A DNA stretch of 38,584 nucleotides from Candidatus Thorarchaeota archaeon (GTDB taxonomy: Archaea > Asgardarchaeota > Thorarchaeia > Thorarchaeales > Thorarchaeaceae): the NCBI GenBank assembly GCA_048882485.1, contig JBHLRP010000030.1, positions 1 to 38,584 of the forward strand, read 5' to 3'. The notes under the pieces are model-generated. The model was given only the letters and a program-made list of their open reading frames with translations, did not search any database and had not been told where the DNA came from. Every line of letters starts with the position of its first letter. The first letter of the stretch is position 1. Below, one piece after another: positions 36,160 to 38,584 of this stretch. The position numbers were made by a program, and so were the translations under genes.

Positions 36160-38352
36160 TCATGAGACCGCGTAGCTCTCTTGCGATTGGAGTGTCCCTA
36201 AGGGCATGGTGTGGATTCGATCTGCTTTGAACGGTACAAAGGCAACACCACCGGCATGAAAGAACTTGCTGAACCATTCTACAAAATGTAGCCTGAGTGT
36301 ATTCATGAATGCGAGCATGCCCTCTAGTATTCCTACAATGAAGGTACCAATGATTGCGCCAAGCAGGGGCAGATGTGGTGTATGTGGAGCACCAACAGTT
36401 TGCGGATGAACTTCATGCGGAATCAATTCAACTCCAAAGAGTGATAGCTCGGGGAATGGTATGTATATTATCGCGGGAATGAGTGTGAAGAGAACACCGC
36501 TGAGAATCACATGGACTGTATTAAGGGCAAAAATTCGTGCATAGCTGACGGTATGACTAATCATGCCTATTGCATACTCCAAAAACAGGACTGCGCCGTC
36601 CATGCCTCCTTTGAAAGATGCCACAGCCATGATTATCATGGGTGCAATGAATGTAAACAGTGAGAAGTACAGAGGTGCGATCCCAGAAGCCAGATACACT
36701 CCATTGTTCGCAATGCCATAGCCTATGCCCGAAATCGGAACCCAAAGATACACTTGGCCAGCAGTGCTGAACCAGTTATTGACACTGCTGTAGCTTACGC
36801 CGAATAGCAGATTAATGAATCCATAGTATAGGATAAGATAGGAAATGCCCACTATTGCTTCACGACGCTCATGATACTTGAATTTGCTGTAGATATTCAG
36901 AATAATGCCAAGCATGATGTGGATGGCACCAATCTCTATTGAAAGCTTAAGCATGTGTGCAGCTCTATAGGGATTTGCAATCATGTGGCCATGCCCATCA
37001 TCGATGTAATGAGCGAAGGTAGGCCATAATGGCTCGAATACTGTTTCAGCACCGAAGAAGCTCCCAAACAAGAATCCACCAATTATGGCAAAGATGCCCA
37101 TCATGATGAGCCCTTCAGCTCCAGACTGAAGATAGCCCATAATCTGACCCCAGTCATCTCCACGCCTCTTAGCTCGCACACCTGCGAGGCCAATCAGAAG
37201 AATCAGTAGTCCTTGCCCAATATCTGCAAAGATGAATCCGAAGATTATGGGAAATGACAGAAACATTACTTTGGTGGGATCGAGATCGTGTCGCGATGGT
37301 ATTCCGAAAGCTGTCACTACGTCTTCAGTGGGGCCCATAGCAGAAGGATTGTCAAGATAGGTAGGCGCCTCGTGTTCTGCGAAGTCTGGATGCTCGAATT
37401 TGATGTCAACAACAGCGCCTGTCGTTTCACGAAGAACACTCTCGAACTCCTCCTCAGTGCCTACTGGTATCCACCCCCAAGCCTTCACTGACTGCTCTGT
37501 GTAGACCAAGTACCTTTTAGCCTCAACTCTTCTCGTTTCAATAGCTAAAATCTCCCACGCTGCCAGAATCTTCGGTCCCCATTCACGAGCAATGTTCTTC
37601 TTACGTGCCCTAAAGCTCGAGAGCTCCTCCTCAAGTTCAGTGATCTTCTGTTCTGCTTTCTCAACAACACGTTCTGGTTGTCCCTCGGCTCCCTCAGGCA
37701 TTACAAAAGACTCGAACTCCATCGCCGAGAGGATGCGTTCAACTGCATCTCTCCTCTCAATAGGAATACTCAATGTTGCTACTGATACGCCTCGCTTCAA
37801 TGGGAGATGTTTGAATGCGAAGGCATCCTCAGTGACCTCCCTGATGCTCCATTCCAACTGTGAAACACGACCGGTAGGCAGCACTCCAGCAGTGCTGAAG
37901 GTAAAGTCTGTCGCTCCTAGCCTGCTGGGATCAATCCCTAATGGTTTGAGAGATAATGCAACATCCCTGATTGCCTGTTGTTTGTCCAGCTCGAACTTGG
38001 CAGCCGCAAATTCAGTGTCAATCTCTAGCAGCTCAGGTTCAACGGACTGAATAACACCAGAAGCGTATTGTATTGAGTCAGTTATCTTGCGGTCATCAAT
38101 TTCGATTTTGGGCCCAGCCCGCCTGGATGAATCAAGACCCAAAGAATCAATCATCTTCATAATCCTATCTAGAGCCACAAAGACCGTTTCCTCATCGCGC
38201 GATCTCTTGACATCAACAATGGATGCGTGTTGAGTGACATCAATAAACTCGAATAGTCCAAACGCCTGAAGGGCTAAGAGGACTTCACGTTCATAGTCCT
38301 TGTGAGAAACGACCCTTGCAACAATCATCTCTGCGGGGCTCAGCAAGCCCAT
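36160..38352 (-). CDS. atpI: A/V-type ATP synthase subunit I (a); start moved to ATG 38352
   Basis: GWIP, APTYLDNP, FGIP...LDPT, FGFIFADIGQG, SHTVSYARIFAL (essential Arg), LRLHFVEWFSKFF; GGTGA SD. Confidence 0.95.
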   Translation of the reverse strand: MGLLSPAEMIVARVVSHKDYEREVLLALQAFGLFEFIDVTQHASIVDVKRSRDEETVFVALDRIMKMIDSLGLDSSRRAGPKIEIDDRKITDSIQYASGVIQSVEPELLEIDTEFAAAKFELDKQQAIRDVALSLKPLGIDPSRLGATDFTFSTAGVLPTGRVSQLEWSIREVTEDAFAFKHLPLKRGVSVATLSIPIERRDAVERILSAMEFESFVMPEGAEGQPERVVEKAEQKITELEEELSSFRARKKNIAREWGPKILAAWEILAIETRRVEAKRYLVYTEQSVKAWGWIPVGTEEEFESVLRETTGAVVDIKFEHPDFAEHEAPTYLDNPSAMGPTEDVVTAFGIPSRHDLDPTKVMFLSFPIIFGFIFADIGQGLLILLIGLAGVRAKRRGDDWGQIMGYLQSGAEGLIMMGIFAIIGGFLFGSFFGAETVFEPLWPTFAHYIDDGHGHMIANPYRAAHMLKLSIEIGAIHIMLGIILNIYSKFKYHERREAIVGISYLILYYGFINLLFGVSYSSVNNWFSTAGQVYLWVPISGIGYGIANNGVYLASGIAPLYFSLFTFIAPMIIMAVASFKGGMDGAVLFLEYAIGMISHTVSYARIFALNTVHVILSGVLFTLIPAIIYIPFPELSLFGVELIPHEVHPQTVGAPHTPHLPLLGAIIGTFIVGILEGMLAFMNTLRLHFVEWFSKFFHAGGVAFVPFKADRIHTMPLGTLQSQESYAVS

Positions 38353-38546
38353 ATCTATCACCCTTTGGTTAAAGTCGACTCCTTCTGAATTTAGCAGGAA
38401 GCCAGTTAGATTGTGCCATTTCATGGTAAAGATAAACGTTGTGAAAGGCAAGCCGATAGTCAAGTCGTGTTCTGTAACAAAGGTCAATCTTTATCAGGGG
38501 TATTAGAAGTGAAAACGACACCCTGCTAAAGGTGAGGAATGCAGTA

Positions 38547-38584
38547 ATGAGTGCTGCTCACGAAGAGATTGACCAAATCCATGA
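38547..38584 (+). CDS. Start of a CDS running off the right edge (MSAAHEEIDQIH…), divergent from atpI
   Basis: AGGTGAGG SD at 38530-38537, ATG 38547, open to the window end; too short to identify. Confidence 0.45.
   Translation, partial: MSAAHEEIDQIH

Overview
This 38.6 kb window reads as ordinary archaeal chromosome. I saw no transposase, integrase, CRISPR array, rRNA or tRNA. It is most likely from an Asgard archaeon (Thorarchaeia-like). That is an inference from a Rab-like GTPase, archaeal TrmI, AtpI, PyrF and phosphohexomutase, and GGAGG/GGTGA Shine-Dalgarno (SD) sites. About 32 CDSs can be supported: tandem GNAT, folD-fhs, a serine hydrolase, a form IV RuBisCO-like protein with an Old Yellow Enzyme (OYE), a saccharopine-dehydrogenase/FGGY-kinase/PNPOx-like operon, ogt, DUF5714, a DUF62 SAM hydrolase, an ATP-NAD kinase family protein, a Rab-like GTPase, an alpha/beta hydrolase, glmM-like, bshB/bshA/bshC, a PLP aminotransferase, pyrF, Nudix, a HerA-like ATPase, trmI, atpI and several hypotheticals. 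The most notable signals: (1) a complete bacillithiol-type cluster in an archaeon, with altered BshB/BshC motifs and a Cys4 insert in BshC; (2) a 132-aa coiled-coil/Pro-rich protein ending in a motif closely resembling the Ena/VASP F-actin-binding segment; (3) a 10-bp-phased repeat array over the promoter of an acidic protein plus coiled-coil-wHTH pair; (4) two ~95-nt intergenic hairpins that look like structured RNAs; (5) a membrane protein gene split by one in-frame TGA. All family calls come from motif recognition by eye; no searches were run.
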